From assembly GCA_002430735.1 (NCBI GenBank), contig DJCV01000003.1, positions 21,142 through 85,141 on the forward strand: 64,000 bases of DNA, read 5' to 3'. Numbering within the stretch: position 1 is the stretch's first letter; each line of letters begins with the position of its first letter. The notes below the pieces were generated by a model. The model saw only the letters and a program-made list of their open reading frames with translations. It searched no databases and had not been told where the DNA came from. The DNA is from Candidatus Woesebacteria bacterium UBA5941. GTDB taxonomy: Bacteria; Patescibacteriota; Microgenomatia; UBA8517. The translations under genes and the position numbers were made by a program. Positions 9,598-19,240 of the stretch are shown here, piece after piece.

Positions 9598-10578
9598 CTA
9601 ATCCTTGTGGGTCGGATACAATTCTTGAAGAAAAACCATTGCTGTTAATACTATTGGGATGGAAAGCACTGCGCCGACAACTCCTGCGATTTTAAATCCA
9701 ATGATCAATGCAAGAAGCGAGATAATTGGGTTAACACCTGCTGACTTTTGCATGATTTTAGGAACTAATACATATGATTCCACTTGCTGTACTAAAAAGG
9801 CTAATGCAATCACCGCCATTCCAGTGACCGGTGAAACGCTAAAACCAACGATTGTTGCGGGAAGCGCCGCTATAATAGGCCCCAAATTCGGAACTGCTTC
9901 TAAAATTCCTGCGAGAATGGAAAGTGGTAATGCATATGGAATACCCAATACGGTGAACCCAACAAAGTTAGCCAATCCAACGATAAACATTAACAAAAAC
10001 TGTCCTCTCGCCCATCCACCTAGTCGCACTTCAAGCTTTGCCATTATTCGATCAAGCATCTCAATATGATGCTGTGCGACATATGGATCAATTTGTTTAG
10101 TCAAATCTTTTCTCGCAAGGGAAAAGTACAGCCCAAATAAAAACACGGAAACAATTGCAAGAATATTTGAAAATACAGCGACGGTAATTGAAAGTATTTG
10201 GGTTGGAAGTTTACCTAATTGAGAGGTGAGTTCTTTTGTTGTTTCATCAATCACAAAAGCCGGCACATGAAGGTCCGCTAAATACTTCGGAATTGCATTC
10301 GCAAAACTCGCTGTTTGCTCAACAAGTAATGGCACCATACCTGCGAGGGTGAATACAATCAGTGCAATTACACACGCATACACGATTAACACAGATGCAG
10401 CTCTTGGAATATGGGATTTCTCAAGTTTGGTAACAGTCGGATTCAAAACAAGCATGATCAGAAGCGCTACGAAGAGCTGCAAGACAATGTCGCTAATTGT
10501 GTATAAAAACCACAGCCCAATAAGGAATAAGACAGTAAAAATAATCGTTTTGTGAGAAATTTCAATTTTTCTGCTCAT
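9598..10578 (-). CDS. AI-2E family transporter (PerM/YhhT-like, UPF0118)
   Basis: 326 aa, 8 predicted TM helices, characteristic architecture and conserved G/P-rich loop region. Confidence 0.8.
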   Translation of the reverse strand: MSRKIEISHKTIIFTVLFLIGLWFLYTISDIVLQLFVALLIMLVLNPTVTKLEKSHIPRAASVLIVYACVIALIVFTLAGMVPLLVEQTASFANAIPKYLADLHVPAFVIDETTKELTSQLGKLPTQILSITVAVFSNILAIVSVFLFGLYFSLARKDLTKQIDPYVAQHHIEMLDRIMAKLEVRLGGWARGQFLLMFIVGLANFVGFTVLGIPYALPLSILAGILEAVPNLGPIIAALPATIVGFSVSPVTGMAVIALAFLVQQVESYVLVPKIMQKSAGVNPIISLLALIIGFKIAGVVGAVLSIPIVLTAMVFLQELYPTHKD

Positions 10579-11477
10579 GCGTTATTGTGCCATCTTTCAA
10601 CTGTTTCTGCCACTTTTGTTTTGCAAAGAGGGTCTGTTATATCGACCCACTGGACCAGTGATTCTTTTTTAAACCAGGTTAACTGGCGTTTTACGTACTG
10701 CATTTCAGAAAGTGTCCATTGACGAATCAATTCTTCCTTTGTTATTTCTTTCTGAATGAACGCACGCATTTCTTTATATCCGGTTGCAGTGAAAGCTTGA
10801 CTTGAAAAGTCGTTCTTTTGAGAAAGCAGGGATTGTACCTCTTCTTCAAATCCGTCAGAAATTCTTCGTAAGACAGCAGCATAAATTCTTGATTCAAGTA
10901 CCTCTTTTGGGGCAGAGAGGCCGATAACAAGTGGGTCATATCCTATGGAATCTGACTGAGGGACTGATCCAAATTCCGAGATTTCAATTGCGCGTATGAG
11001 TCGTGCGGGGTTTTTTCTATCAGATTCATTGAGCGCAAGCGCTTTTTTCTTATTACTCCGCATAAGTCGTACAAGCAAATCATTTACAGACAGTACGGAT
11101 AGCACTTTTCTGAGTGCTTCATTCTGGGGAATTGATGCTGTTTCAATAGGATGGAGTAGCGATCTCACGTAAAAACCCGTGCCGCCTACAACTATTGGAA
11201 GCTTCTGGTTCTGTATGATTTCTGCAATTTTCTTAGTCGCGAATGAGTGAAAGTGCGAAACAGAAAAGGATTCGTCAGGCGAAACAAGATCATACCCATG
11301 AATCGCAATTTCAGAAGAGTACAGTTTTCCTGTTCCAATATCCATACCACGGTAGACTTGCCTTGAATCTGCAGAGATTAGTTCTCCATTAAATGTTTTT
11401 GCAAGATCGATGGCGAGTGCACTTTTTCCAGTTGCTGTCGGACCGACTATAAATAGTACTTTATTTTTTAAGCTCAT
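10575..11477 (-). CDS. miaA: tRNA dimethylallyltransferase
   Basis: N-terminal P-loop GPTATGKS and ...ISADSRQVYRGMDIGTGK typical of MiaA. Confidence 0.9.
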   Translation of the reverse strand: MSLKNKVLFIVGPTATGKSALAIDLAKTFNGELISADSRQVYRGMDIGTGKLYSSEIAIHGYDLVSPDESFSVSHFHSFATKKIAEIIQNQKLPIVVGGTGFYVRSLLHPIETASIPQNEALRKVLSVLSVNDLLVRLMRSNKKKALALNESDRKNPARLIRAIEISEFGSVPQSDSIGYDPLVIGLSAPKEVLESRIYAAVLRRISDGFEEEVQSLLSQKNDFSSQAFTATGYKEMRAFIQKEITKEELIRQWTLSEMQYVKRQLTWFKKESLVQWVDITDPLCKTKVAETVERWHNNA

Positions 11478-12114
11478 CGATAAAAAGATCTAGCGCTTTT
11501 TTGCGTTCTAAAAACATATGCTTTTCACCTATAGTGTTTAAAATCGCTACTGATTTTTGAGCAGCTTTCAAAGCTTCCTTTGTGTCACCTTTTTGTTTAC
11601 AGAGCTTTGCTAAGTCAAAGTATGCACTCGAGAGAAAAAAGGTGTCAGAACTTTTGGAGAGTTCTTCTATTCCTTGGAGTATTTTGCTTAATGCAGCATT
11701 TAATATCCCTCGCTCCGCGTAGACATTTCCAAGTTTCACATATGAAATTCCTAAATGCCCCGCATTTCCTACTTCAGTCAGAATGGAAATGCTTTCTTTC
11801 AAAAGCATCTCAGCACCATGGAAGTTCCGTTGCTTGAGTGCAACCAGTCCTCTATCTCGCAACACAAAGGCAGTAAACTCCTCGTTATCTTGATCCTCAA
11901 ACTCCTTTTGTGCAGTGAATAATGATTTATTCGCTGCTTCGTAATCTTTCTTTTGATACTGTGCAACTCCGATCATATGCAATGATTCACTGGCAGTTAG
12001 GTGATCATTGGATTGCAAAGCTTCAGTTCTGGCTCTTTGATATGTATCAATCGCTTCATCAATTTGCCCGTTATCGCGGAGTTTTTGTGCTTCTTGGAAT
12101 AAAGGGGAGTTCAT
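11461..12114 (-). CDS. TPR-repeat protein
   Basis: 217 aa, repeated 34-aa helical units with A/Y/L/G TPR-like spacing. Confidence 0.55.
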   Translation of the reverse strand: MNSPLFQEAQKLRDNGQIDEAIDTYQRARTEALQSNDHLTASESLHMIGVAQYQKKDYEAANKSLFTAQKEFEDQDNEEFTAFVLRDRGLVALKQRNFHGAEMLLKESISILTEVGNAGHLGISYVKLGNVYAERGILNAALSKILQGIEELSKSSDTFFLSSAYFDLAKLCKQKGDTKEALKAAQKSVAILNTIGEKHMFLERKKALDLFIDELKK

Positions 12115-12812
12115 TGCAAAGAAATGGTCTTAGCCAATTTTTCCCATTGTGCCTTTCGGAGTATTAATTCATTATTCCCGTCAATAATTGTCTTTGCTTT
12201 TTCCAAGTGTTTTTTTGCAGCTTCAGGATCACTGTCTTTCAGAAGGAGAGCGAGATTCATATATCCACCCGAAACCCATACATCTTTGTTATATTTCCAT
12301 TCATCACTTGATTCCAATTCAGCTAATAGGCTTAGGACTTTCGGAATACCAGTGGTGTCACCATTTTTATACGCACAAATAGTTGCTCGTATTTTCATAT
12401 CCAACAATACTGCAGGCCTGTTATGTGCCTCTGGGGGATTTTTTTCAAATGTCTCTATCGCCGCAGTATACGAATGCAGGGCATCTCCAAACTCTGACAA
12501 CTCTTCTTGTACTTGTGCGAGACGTAATAGCGGCATAACCAGAGCACTTGGGTGATTGCCATTACGCGCAACTTCTACTCCAGCCATTGCTTCATGCCGG
12601 GCAATAATAAGAAAGGTCCGATCACCTGTTTTTTCAAATAAATGCCTCAGAGTAATTGATCGAGAAGCGAGAATATCTGTTATTCCTTCAACATTGTTTT
12701 CTTTTTGATATTCAAGAAGCGTTTGGTCAGTCCATTGTAATGCCTCCAAAAAGTCACCATGTTCACGACTACTTTCAGCTTTGCCGTGAGAATCGCGGCC
12801 AGGGGTATTCAT
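12111..12812 (-). CDS. TPR-like repeat protein (paralog-like neighbour)
   Basis: 233 aa helical-repeat protein adjacent to, and overlapping by 4 nt, the previous TPR gene. Confidence 0.45.
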   Translation of the reverse strand: MNTPGRDSHGKAESSREHGDFLEALQWTDQTLLEYQKENNVEGITDILASRSITLRHLFEKTGDRTFLIIARHEAMAGVEVARNGNHPSALVMPLLRLAQVQEELSEFGDALHSYTAAIETFEKNPPEAHNRPAVLLDMKIRATICAYKNGDTTGIPKVLSLLAELESSDEWKYNKDVWVSGGYMNLALLLKDSDPEAAKKHLEKAKTIIDGNNELILRKAQWEKLAKTISLQ

Positions 12813-12828
12813 ACTATATTATATAAAA

Positions 12829-13110
12829 TTAACGCAAGACTTGTTTTTTGAGCTTTTTGCCGGGAGTGAAACGAGGAGCTCTGTGGGTTTTAATAGTAAC
12901 GTACTTTTCTGTGTTTGGGATTTTAACAGTCTTTCCTTTCATGGAGATAACTCTAAATGTTCCGAATCCTGAGAGAACTACCTTCTCTCCTTTTCCGAGT
13001 GTTCGTCCGATTTCAGATAGAAGCACTTCCACAGCTTCTTCTGCCGCGCGTTTCGTTAAGTGTGCCTTCTTCGCAACGACATCAATAATCTGTTTCTTTG
13101 TCATACCCAA
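12829..13110 (-). CDS. hup: DNA-binding protein HU
   Basis: ~90 aa, GFGTF...R.PRFTPGK HU/IHF beta-arm signature. Confidence 0.85.
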   Translation of the reverse strand: MGMTKKQIIDVVAKKAHLTKRAAEEAVEVLLSEIGRTLGKGEKVVLSGFGTFRVISMKGKTVKIPNTEKYVTIKTHRAPRFTPGKKLKKQVLR

Positions 13111-13149
13111 GAGTAACGTTGTTTGAAGAAAAAGTCAACAATGTGGGGT

Positions 13150-14328
13150 TTAGTGTGCAGCGGTTGTTGCAGAAGCCCGTGTTTCTCGCAAAATCGTGAC
13201 CTTGATTTGTCCTGCATACTCAGCTTCCTTCTCAAGACGCTTCGCAATGTCTCGAGCGAGCACAACTAAGCTATCATCATCAACTTCATCAGGATTTACA
13301 ATAACGCGTACATCTCGTCCTGCTTGGAATGCAATCGCACTCGTTACCCCTGGGAAACTTGCTGAAATATCTTCAATGTTGCTCATTCTCTTGATGTAAT
13401 TTTCATGAGGTTCATATCGAGCACCAGGTCGTGAGCCAGAAATTGCATCCGCTACCCATACGAGCACTGACTCGATAGAAGAGAATGGCTTGTCTTCATG
13501 GTGTTCAGCAATAATATTTACCACTTTCTTTGGAAGACCAAAGCGCTTTGCTACTTCGACTCCTTTTTGAATATGGGTTCCTTCATCATCAGTTACCACT
13601 TTTCCAATGTCATGCATCAGTCCACCCAAACGGACAACTTCGACTTCAGCACCAAGTTCTCGAGCAATTGCCATAGCAATCTTTGTTTCTTCAATAGTGT
13701 GAAGTGCGAGATTTTGACCATAACTTGTTCTGAATTTAAACTTACCGATCATTCGAATAAGCTCAATTGGAAGGTTATATTCTCCTACTTCCTCAACGAT
13801 TTTCTTTCCTTCTTCAAGTAAGACATCGTCCATTCCTTTTCTCACTTCATCAACAACTTCCTCAATTCGAGAAGGTTGAATTCGAGTATCTTTAACCAAG
13901 ATTTCAAGTGCGCGTCGCGCAATTTCTCGGCGAATTGCGTCAAAACTACTTACTCTAATTTCTGTTGTTTCGTCTAATTCAATTTCAACTTGCGCAGCTC
14001 TTTCAAACGCACGAATGTTTCGTCCTTCACGACCAATAATTCGACCTTTTGTTTCTTCGTTTGGAACACTTACGGTTGAGATTGTATATTCTGCAGTGTA
14101 ATTAGTTGCACCGTGCTTCATCGCATCAGACAAAATTTCCCGTGCTTTGGCTTGTGCCTCAAGTTTTACACGCTCTTCAGCATTTCGAATACGTTTTGCA
14201 ACTTCGCTCGTTAAATCTTTCTGAAGTTCATCAAGAAGTTCTCGTTTTGCATCTTCGCGAGAAAGGTTCGCTGCTTTCTCAAGCTTTGCCAACAGTTCCT
14301 CATGCAATTGATCATTTGTTTTAGCCAT
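13150..14328 (-). CDS. rny: ribonuclease Y (KH + HD domains) lacking N-terminal membrane anchor
   Basis: KH motif IIGREGRNIRAFE and HD motif LMHDIGK...HH; starts MAKTNDQL without a TM helix. Confidence 0.8.
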   Translation of the reverse strand: MAKTNDQLHEELLAKLEKAANLSREDAKRELLDELQKDLTSEVAKRIRNAEERVKLEAQAKAREILSDAMKHGATNYTAEYTISTVSVPNEETKGRIIGREGRNIRAFERAAQVEIELDETTEIRVSSFDAIRREIARRALEILVKDTRIQPSRIEEVVDEVRKGMDDVLLEEGKKIVEEVGEYNLPIELIRMIGKFKFRTSYGQNLALHTIEETKIAMAIARELGAEVEVVRLGGLMHDIGKVVTDDEGTHIQKGVEVAKRFGLPKKVVNIIAEHHEDKPFSSIESVLVWVADAISGSRPGARYEPHENYIKRMSNIEDISASFPGVTSAIAFQAGRDVRVIVNPDEVDDDSLVVLARDIAKRLEKEAEYAGQIKVTILRETRASATTAAH

Positions 14329-14452
14329 ATATCTATAAATTGGAGAAGAGAAAAAGTCAGCTTTTATAAAGCAAGTACTATCGTTTTGAGCTGACGAGTA
14401 GCATTCATCATCTTCACTCCTATGGGTATTGTAGCCGAAGCGACGAAATGAG

Positions 14453-14902
14453 TCAATTATCCACGTTCATGGCCTTTTTTATAGTGTCTCCGCTAAAGCC
14501 CTGTCTCATTAAATACTCAAATACTTTCCGCTTATATTCTGCTTTATCTAACGCTTTCCATCTCCAGTCCTTAGATGAAATGAGTCTTTGTGCATGCATT
14601 ACTTCGTCTACTTCAACTGATTGAAGTGCTTTTTCTGCAGTCTGCTTATCAATTCCTTTCTTCCGTAGTTCTAGGCGAAGAACACGGATGGAACGGGGCT
14701 TCATAAGATTTCTTGTCCTAATAAAAGCACAGGCATATTCATAATCGTTCACAAGTTTCATGTCAATCAATTTTTTGACCGCTTCTCTTTGTAAATCTTC
14801 AGGTACTTCACGACGAGTCATCCATTCGTATAATTGGTGTTCGGTATACGGCCTTCGCCCAAGGAGTCTGTACAATGCGGAGAGGACATTTTTTATGTCC
14901 AT
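14453..14902 (-). CDS. recX: recombination regulator RecX
   Basis: 149 aa three-helical-repeat protein immediately downstream of recA. Confidence 0.75.
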   Translation of the reverse strand: MDIKNVLSALYRLLGRRPYTEHQLYEWMTRREVPEDLQREAVKKLIDMKLVNDYEYACAFIRTRNLMKPRSIRVLRLELRKKGIDKQTAEKALQSVEVDEVMHAQRLISSKDWRWKALDKAEYKRKVFEYLMRQGFSGDTIKKAMNVDN

Positions 14903-14906
14903 GAAG

Positions 14907-16004
14907 TTATTCTTCTTCTAGCGTATCTTCAGAAACTTCTTCTCCTAATTCTTTCGGAAGCTTCTGTCCAGTGTTCATTGTTTCTCGAATTTTGTTTTCA
15001 ATATCAGTTGCCAGCTTCTTTTCTTCGCGTAATGCGGATTTTGCACCTTCTCGCCCTTGAGCTAATACTTTTCCATTGTAGTTAAAGAATGATCCGCTCT
15101 TTGTAATAATTCCCAAATTCACTCCGACATCTAAAATACCACCAACCTTTGAGATACCTTCATCATTCATGATGTCAAATTCCGCAACACGAAGTGGTGG
15201 TGCTACTTTGTTTTTCACAATACGCGCACGATGTCTCGAACCGATAATAAGTTCCCCATCTTTGATGCTCTCAATCTTGCGAATATCAATTCGTACAGAG
15301 GCATAAAACTTTAATGCAAGACCACCTGGGGTAGTTTCTGGATTTCCAAACATAACACCAATTTTCTGACGCAATTGATTGGTGAAGATCAGAATTGTTT
15401 TTGACTTTGAAATTGCGCCTGTTAATTTTCGTAATGCTTGGCTCATAAGGCGTGCCTGGAGTCCCATAACCGCATCTCCCATTTCCCCTTCAAGCTCAGC
15501 TCTCGGAACAAGTGCGGCAACAGAGTCTACAACGATGACATCCAATGCTCCTGATCTAATTAACGTTTCAGTAATTTCTAATGCCTGCTCTCCAGTATCT
15601 GGTTGGCTCATAAGAAGATCATCAAGGTTCACTCCAATCGCTTCAGCTCGTTTTGGGTCAAGAGCGTGCTCAGCATCAATAAAAGCACATTGTCCGCCGC
15701 GCTTCTGGGCTTCTGCGATGACATGGAGAGAAAGGGTGGTTTTTCCAGAAGCTTCAGGTCCGTAGATTTCAATAATACGACCGCAAGGAAGCCCCCCAAC
15801 GCCTAATGCGAGATCGAGTGCAATAGATCCTGTTGGGACAACAGAGACTTGGCCACTAGCATTTGATCGCTCACCGAGACGCATAATCGACCCACGTCCA
15901 TATTGTTTCTCAATTTGATCCATCGCCATTTTAATAGCGGAGAGACGAGCGGCTGAATTTTCCTCCCGATGTGGTGCTTGTGTTTCGGCTTTCTTTGCGG
16001 CCAT
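14907..16004 (-). CDS. recA: recombinase RecA
   Basis: Walker [11 protein letters not shown], ...[25 protein letters not shown]...; start set to MAAKKAETQ (ATG complement 16002-16004) rather than ORF-track extension. Confidence 0.95.
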   Translation of the reverse strand: MAAKKAETQAPHREENSAARLSAIKMAMDQIEKQYGRGSIMRLGERSNASGQVSVVPTGSIALDLALGVGGLPCGRIIEIYGPEASGKTTLSLHVIAEAQKRGGQCAFIDAEHALDPKRAEAIGVNLDDLLMSQPDTGEQALEITETLIRSGALDVIVVDSVAALVPRAELEGEMGDAVMGLQARLMSQALRKLTGAISKSKTILIFTNQLRQKIGVMFGNPETTPGGLALKFYASVRIDIRKIESIKDGELIIGSRHRARIVKNKVAPPLRVAEFDIMNDEGISKVGGILDVGVNLGIITKSGSFFNYNGKVLAQGREGAKSALREEKKLATDIENKIRETMNTGQKLPKELGEEVSEDTLEEE

Positions 16005-16043
16005 GTCTACACTTGTAACATATGGTTTTGTACAATACAAGAT

Positions 16044-16640
16044 ATGCAATTATGGAATTTTAGTTCCCCTGAACTCGTAACAGCTCTTAAAGGCGGAAAG
16101 ATCGGGATTCTCCCAACTGACACCATTTACGGGATCCATGCATCTGCTCTTGATCCTAACGCAATTGAGAAGATGTATGAGATTCGACTGAGAGACACCA
16201 ATAAACCGTTTATTGTATTAATCGATAATCCTCACGAAGTTTCTCGTTTCAGTGTTTCGCTTACAACCATACAACAAACCATTACATCAACTCTCTGGAA
16301 TCTAGGCGTAAGTATTATTCTTCCAGTGAAGGATCAAAGATTTTCATATCTTACAAGGCAAACAGGAGGAATTGCCTTTCGAGTTCCCAAAAAAGAACCG
16401 CTTGTAACACTTCTTCAGAAAACAGGACCGCTCGTCTCAACCAGCGTTAATAAGCAAGGCGAAAAACCCAGTGAAACAATTGAAGAAGCATTATTAGCGT
16501 TTGATAACGAGTTAGACTTTGCTGTAGACGAGGGAGTAAAACGAGGAGAACCATCAACCGTCGTGATACTAAAGGACAAGGGCGTTTCAATTGTCAGACA
16601 AGGGAACGTTCGTATTCCTAGTGAATATCTAACGATTTAA
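16044..16640 (+). CDS. tsaC: L-threonylcarbamoyladenylate synthase (TsaC/YrdC/Sua5 family)
   Basis: [16 protein letters not shown] motif; start assigned to ATG 16044 (MQLWNF...), ORF-track upstream extension overlaps recA start. Confidence 0.75.
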   Translation: MQLWNFSSPELVTALKGGKIGILPTDTIYGIHASALDPNAIEKMYEIRLRDTNKPFIVLIDNPHEVSRFSVSLTTIQQTITSTLWNLGVSIILPVKDQRFSYLTRQTGGIAFRVPKKEPLVTLLQKTGPLVSTSVNKQGEKPSETIEEALLAFDNELDFAVDEGVKRGEPSTVVILKDKGVSIVRQGNVRIPSEYLTI

Positions 16641-16651
16641 ATTTCATTTTC

Positions 16652-16725
16652 CGGGGTATAGTTTAACGGCAGAATGGGCGCATGGGGTGCGTCCGGTCCA
16701 GGTTCAATTCCTGGTACCCCGACCA
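16652..16725 (+). tRNA. tRNA-Pro (anticodon GGG), CCA encoded
   Basis: Hand-folded cloverleaf: acceptor CGGGGUA/UACCCCG, D-arm with GG, anticodon stem GGCGC/GCGUC with loop AUGGGGU (U33, GGG, G37), T-arm CCAGG-UUCAAUU-CCUGG, discriminator A + CCA. Confidence 0.85.
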
Positions 16726-16807
16726 ACGTATTGCACACAATATCAATTAGAAGGACCAAGAAACCCCGACCAGCGGTCGAGGATTCAAGTTTCTTGGCTG
16801 AAAAATA

Positions 16808-17014
16808 TTATTCTTCAGGTACGTTCAAACTATCGTACACGTCTTTACTCACAAACTTTGTTAAATTTGTACCGTCTACGTTAGCTCGTACGGCAAAACG
16901 AACCTGGGTGCTCCCAGATTTTGTCGTCTTCTCATACTTCTTTCGTTTTACTTGAGAGGTTGGCACTGTTACAAAGTCACGGGTCTTGACGTTATAAAAC
17001 TTTACTTCGTTCAT
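16808..17014 (-). CDS. hypothetical small basic protein (68 aa from MNEVKFYNVKTRDF...)
   Basis: ORF with GGAGGGGG Shine-Dalgarno ~10 nt upstream of ATG (complement 17012-17014); lysine-rich, no recognised family. Confidence 0.35.
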   Translation of the reverse strand: MNEVKFYNVKTRDFVTVPTSQVKRKKYEKTTKSGSTQVRFAVRANVDGTNLTKFVSKDVYDSLNVPEE

Positions 17015-17067
17015 AGTGTGCTCACCCCCTCCATAAGTAGCTTCAAAATACGCGAGCGTCAGCGAGC

Positions 17068-17097
17068 TTGTCAAGGAGGAGCTAAGAAGCGTAATAT
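17068..17097 (+). promoter_or_regulatory. putative sigma70-like promoter for VIT-family gene
   Basis: TTGTCA (17068-17073) - 18 nt - TAATAT (17092-17097), 12 nt before ATG 17110. Confidence 0.35.
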
Positions 17098-17109
17098 GAA
17101 TTCAGACAT

Positions 17110-17619
17110 ATGAAAAAGAAAAAAGAGACCGAAATCTTCATGAGAAACTTCATTTTTGGGGTAGAAGACAGTTTAGTCTCAACTGTCGGTCTTTTATCGG
17201 GAATTGCAGTAGCTGGCGTAACAAAAACTGATATTTTCTTAACAGGCGTAGTTCTGGTATTCGTTGAAGCATTTTCAATGGGAGTCGGAAGCTTTTTGTC
17301 AGAAGACACAACTGAGGATACAAAAACGAAGGCAAACATCAAGATGGCTTCAATCGGTGGAGCACTTATTATGTTTATGTCCTACATTTGTGCAGGACTT
17401 ATTCCACTTGCACCCTATCTCATGTTTAGCACGACAGAAGCATTTGTTATCTCTATTGCGTTCTCACTCGTTGCCCTCTTTTTCCTTGGTGCTGTAAGTG
17501 CATACCAATATAAGCGCTCTATGGTAAAACTCGGGATCCGAATGTTAGTCATGGGCGGACTCGCGATTTTAGTTGGTATCGGAGTGGGCAATCTGGTGCC
17601 TCTTATATCAATCCACTAA
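17110..17619 (+). CDS. VIT1/CCC1-family membrane protein (Fe/Mn transporter-like)
   Basis: FGVEDSLVSTVGLLSGIAVAG matches VIT-family xGxxDGLVS motif; 5 TM helices. Confidence 0.6.
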   Translation: MKKKKETEIFMRNFIFGVEDSLVSTVGLLSGIAVAGVTKTDIFLTGVVLVFVEAFSMGVGSFLSEDTTEDTKTKANIKMASIGGALIMFMSYICAGLIPLAPYLMFSTTEAFVISIAFSLVALFFLGAVSAYQYKRSMVKLGIRMLVMGGLAILVGIGVGNLVPLISIH

Positions 17620-17655
17620 ATTGACAACTTCGCATTAGCTGGTAGTCTTTCATAG

Positions 17656-19239
17656 ATGAAATTTATTAGAGAACATCGTGTATTGTTTGTTATTTTTCTC
17701 CTTGCGCTTATTCTTCGCGTAATATTTCTCGAAAAAGCTCCCGTTGGTTTTCATGCAGACGAAGTGCGAATTGCGTGGAACAGCTATTCAATCGCCGAAA
17801 CAGGGGCCGATGATTGGGGGAACCGATTCCCTCTCTACTACAATACCTTCGGAGACTTTCGTCCGATGGGTATTTTTTATACAACGATCCCTTCTATTCT
17901 TTTGTTTGGTTTAAATATCTTTGCAGTACGACTGCCTGGGGCGCTCTTCGGGGCACTGACTGTTTTCCCTATCTACTTCTTTGTAAAACAGCTCAATAAA
18001 AAGGATGAGGTAACTGCGCTGTTTGCGTCATTCTTCATTGCGTTCATTCCCTGGCATTGGATGGTGAGTCGCGCAACCAGTGAAGGTATTATCAGCCTTT
18101 TTTTTACAGTGTGTGGATTGGTCTTTTTCTTGTGGGGATATTCAAAGGGAAAGCACTACTTCACCTGGTCTGTCATTTCAATGATTGTAAGTGCTCTTTT
18201 TTATCACTCAATTCGTCCGCTCTCAGTGCCATTTCTCTTGACGATTCTCGTTTTTCAATGGATGCAGAGATCGACCGTTCCCCGACGAGCAGTGATTGCC
18301 ATTACTGCACTTACCTGTTTCACAATAGTTCTCTTATTGGGAAAGGGCTCTCTGAGCCGGTTCAGTCAAGTCTCGGTGTTAGCAGCAAAGCAAACGGATG
18401 AGGTGCTTGGCGCGCACACGCAAATCCCGTCTTATCCAGTTTTAGTGCGAGATTCGTATACAGAATATTTTAGTGCGCCATTTATTATTGGTGATGACGC
18501 CAAGCCGTTTCGATATCGAATATTTGGTATTGGAATCGTGGGAGTTGCACTCACGGCATTTTTCCTCGCAGGATTTGTCTCAATTGCCAAAGGTCACAAT
18601 TCAGCACTCCCTCTCTGGTTATTACTAATCGCTCCATTGTCTGCAGCAATAACATTTGAAGATTCTCCAAACTTACATCGATCTCTCCTCATGATTCCCT
18701 TTGTCGTCATAGTCGCTGCATACGGAGCACGGCATTTACTTACTCAATCAACCACTCAAAAAATAATTGGATTACTCATCCTCTGTTATTTTTGTGGGAC
18801 GACAACGAGTTCTATTATTACGTACTTTGGTCCAGCAAAGAACGATATCGCCTCATTTCGAAACTATGGCGCACAGGAAGTTATACAAAAGATACAAACA
18901 ACAGGAGAGCGCTATGACCACATTGTGCTTACGAATCAACCAGACAGCTTATACCCGTGGTATGGATTTCTTGCGAAGCCAGATGCTCGGATGTTTAACA
19001 GCGCTGCGCATACTCGAGCTGAAGGGTCGTGGAGGTACGAACACATTACCTTTGCTCAAAACAGTTGCCCTTCGGCAGATGCGCTGTCAGAAAAAAGCGA
19101 CCTTCGAGGAAATATCCTTGTTGTCGATGGACCGTTTTGTGAAAGTAGCGGGATTCAAATTGCACATCCAACAGCAAAACGCAGTCACATAGAGTTGGAT
19201 AACACCGTATTTTTCACGCTGTGGGAAATGCGCAAATAA
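17656..19239 (+). CDS. GT-C fold glycosyltransferase family 39 (ArnT/PMT-like) membrane protein
   Basis: 527 aa, many TM helices, N-terminal loop GFHADEVRIAWNSYSIAE with DE catalytic motif. Confidence 0.7.
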   Translation: MKFIREHRVLFVIFLLALILRVIFLEKAPVGFHADEVRIAWNSYSIAETGADDWGNRFPLYYNTFGDFRPMGIFYTTIPSILLFGLNIFAVRLPGALFGALTVFPIYFFVKQLNKKDEVTALFASFFIAFIPWHWMVSRATSEGIISLFFTVCGLVFFLWGYSKGKHYFTWSVISMIVSALFYHSIRPLSVPFLLTILVFQWMQRSTVPRRAVIAITALTCFTIVLLLGKGSLSRFSQVSVLAAKQTDEVLGAHTQIPSYPVLVRDSYTEYFSAPFIIGDDAKPFRYRIFGIGIVGVALTAFFLAGFVSIAKGHNSALPLWLLLIAPLSAAITFEDSPNLHRSLLMIPFVVIVAAYGARHLLTQSTTQKIIGLLILCYFCGTTTSSIITYFGPAKNDIASFRNYGAQEVIQKIQTTGERYDHIVLTNQPDSLYPWYGFLAKPDARMFNSAAHTRAEGSWRYEHITFAQNSCPSADALSEKSDLRGNILVVDGPFCESSGIQIAHPTAKRSHIELDNTVFFTLWEMRK

Positions 19240-19240
19240 G

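Noticed and set aside
15379-15806. Plus-strand ORFs (128 aa, 67 aa) antisense within recA
   Set aside because: They lie inside the highly conserved recA coding region and have low-complexity S/A/P-rich translations typical of antisense frames.
16005-16043. Possible regulatory element (LexA/SOS-type box) in the 39-bp divergent recA-tsaC spacer
   Set aside because: No clear palindrome of the CTGT-N8-ACAG or GAAC-N4-GTTC type is present. Only AT-rich promoter-like hexamers are seen.
16674-16955. 93-aa and 65-aa plus-strand ORFs overlapping tRNA-Pro and the downstream hairpin
   Set aside because: They overlap a well-folded tRNA gene and a convergent SD-led ORF, and have no coding features. They are likely spurious.
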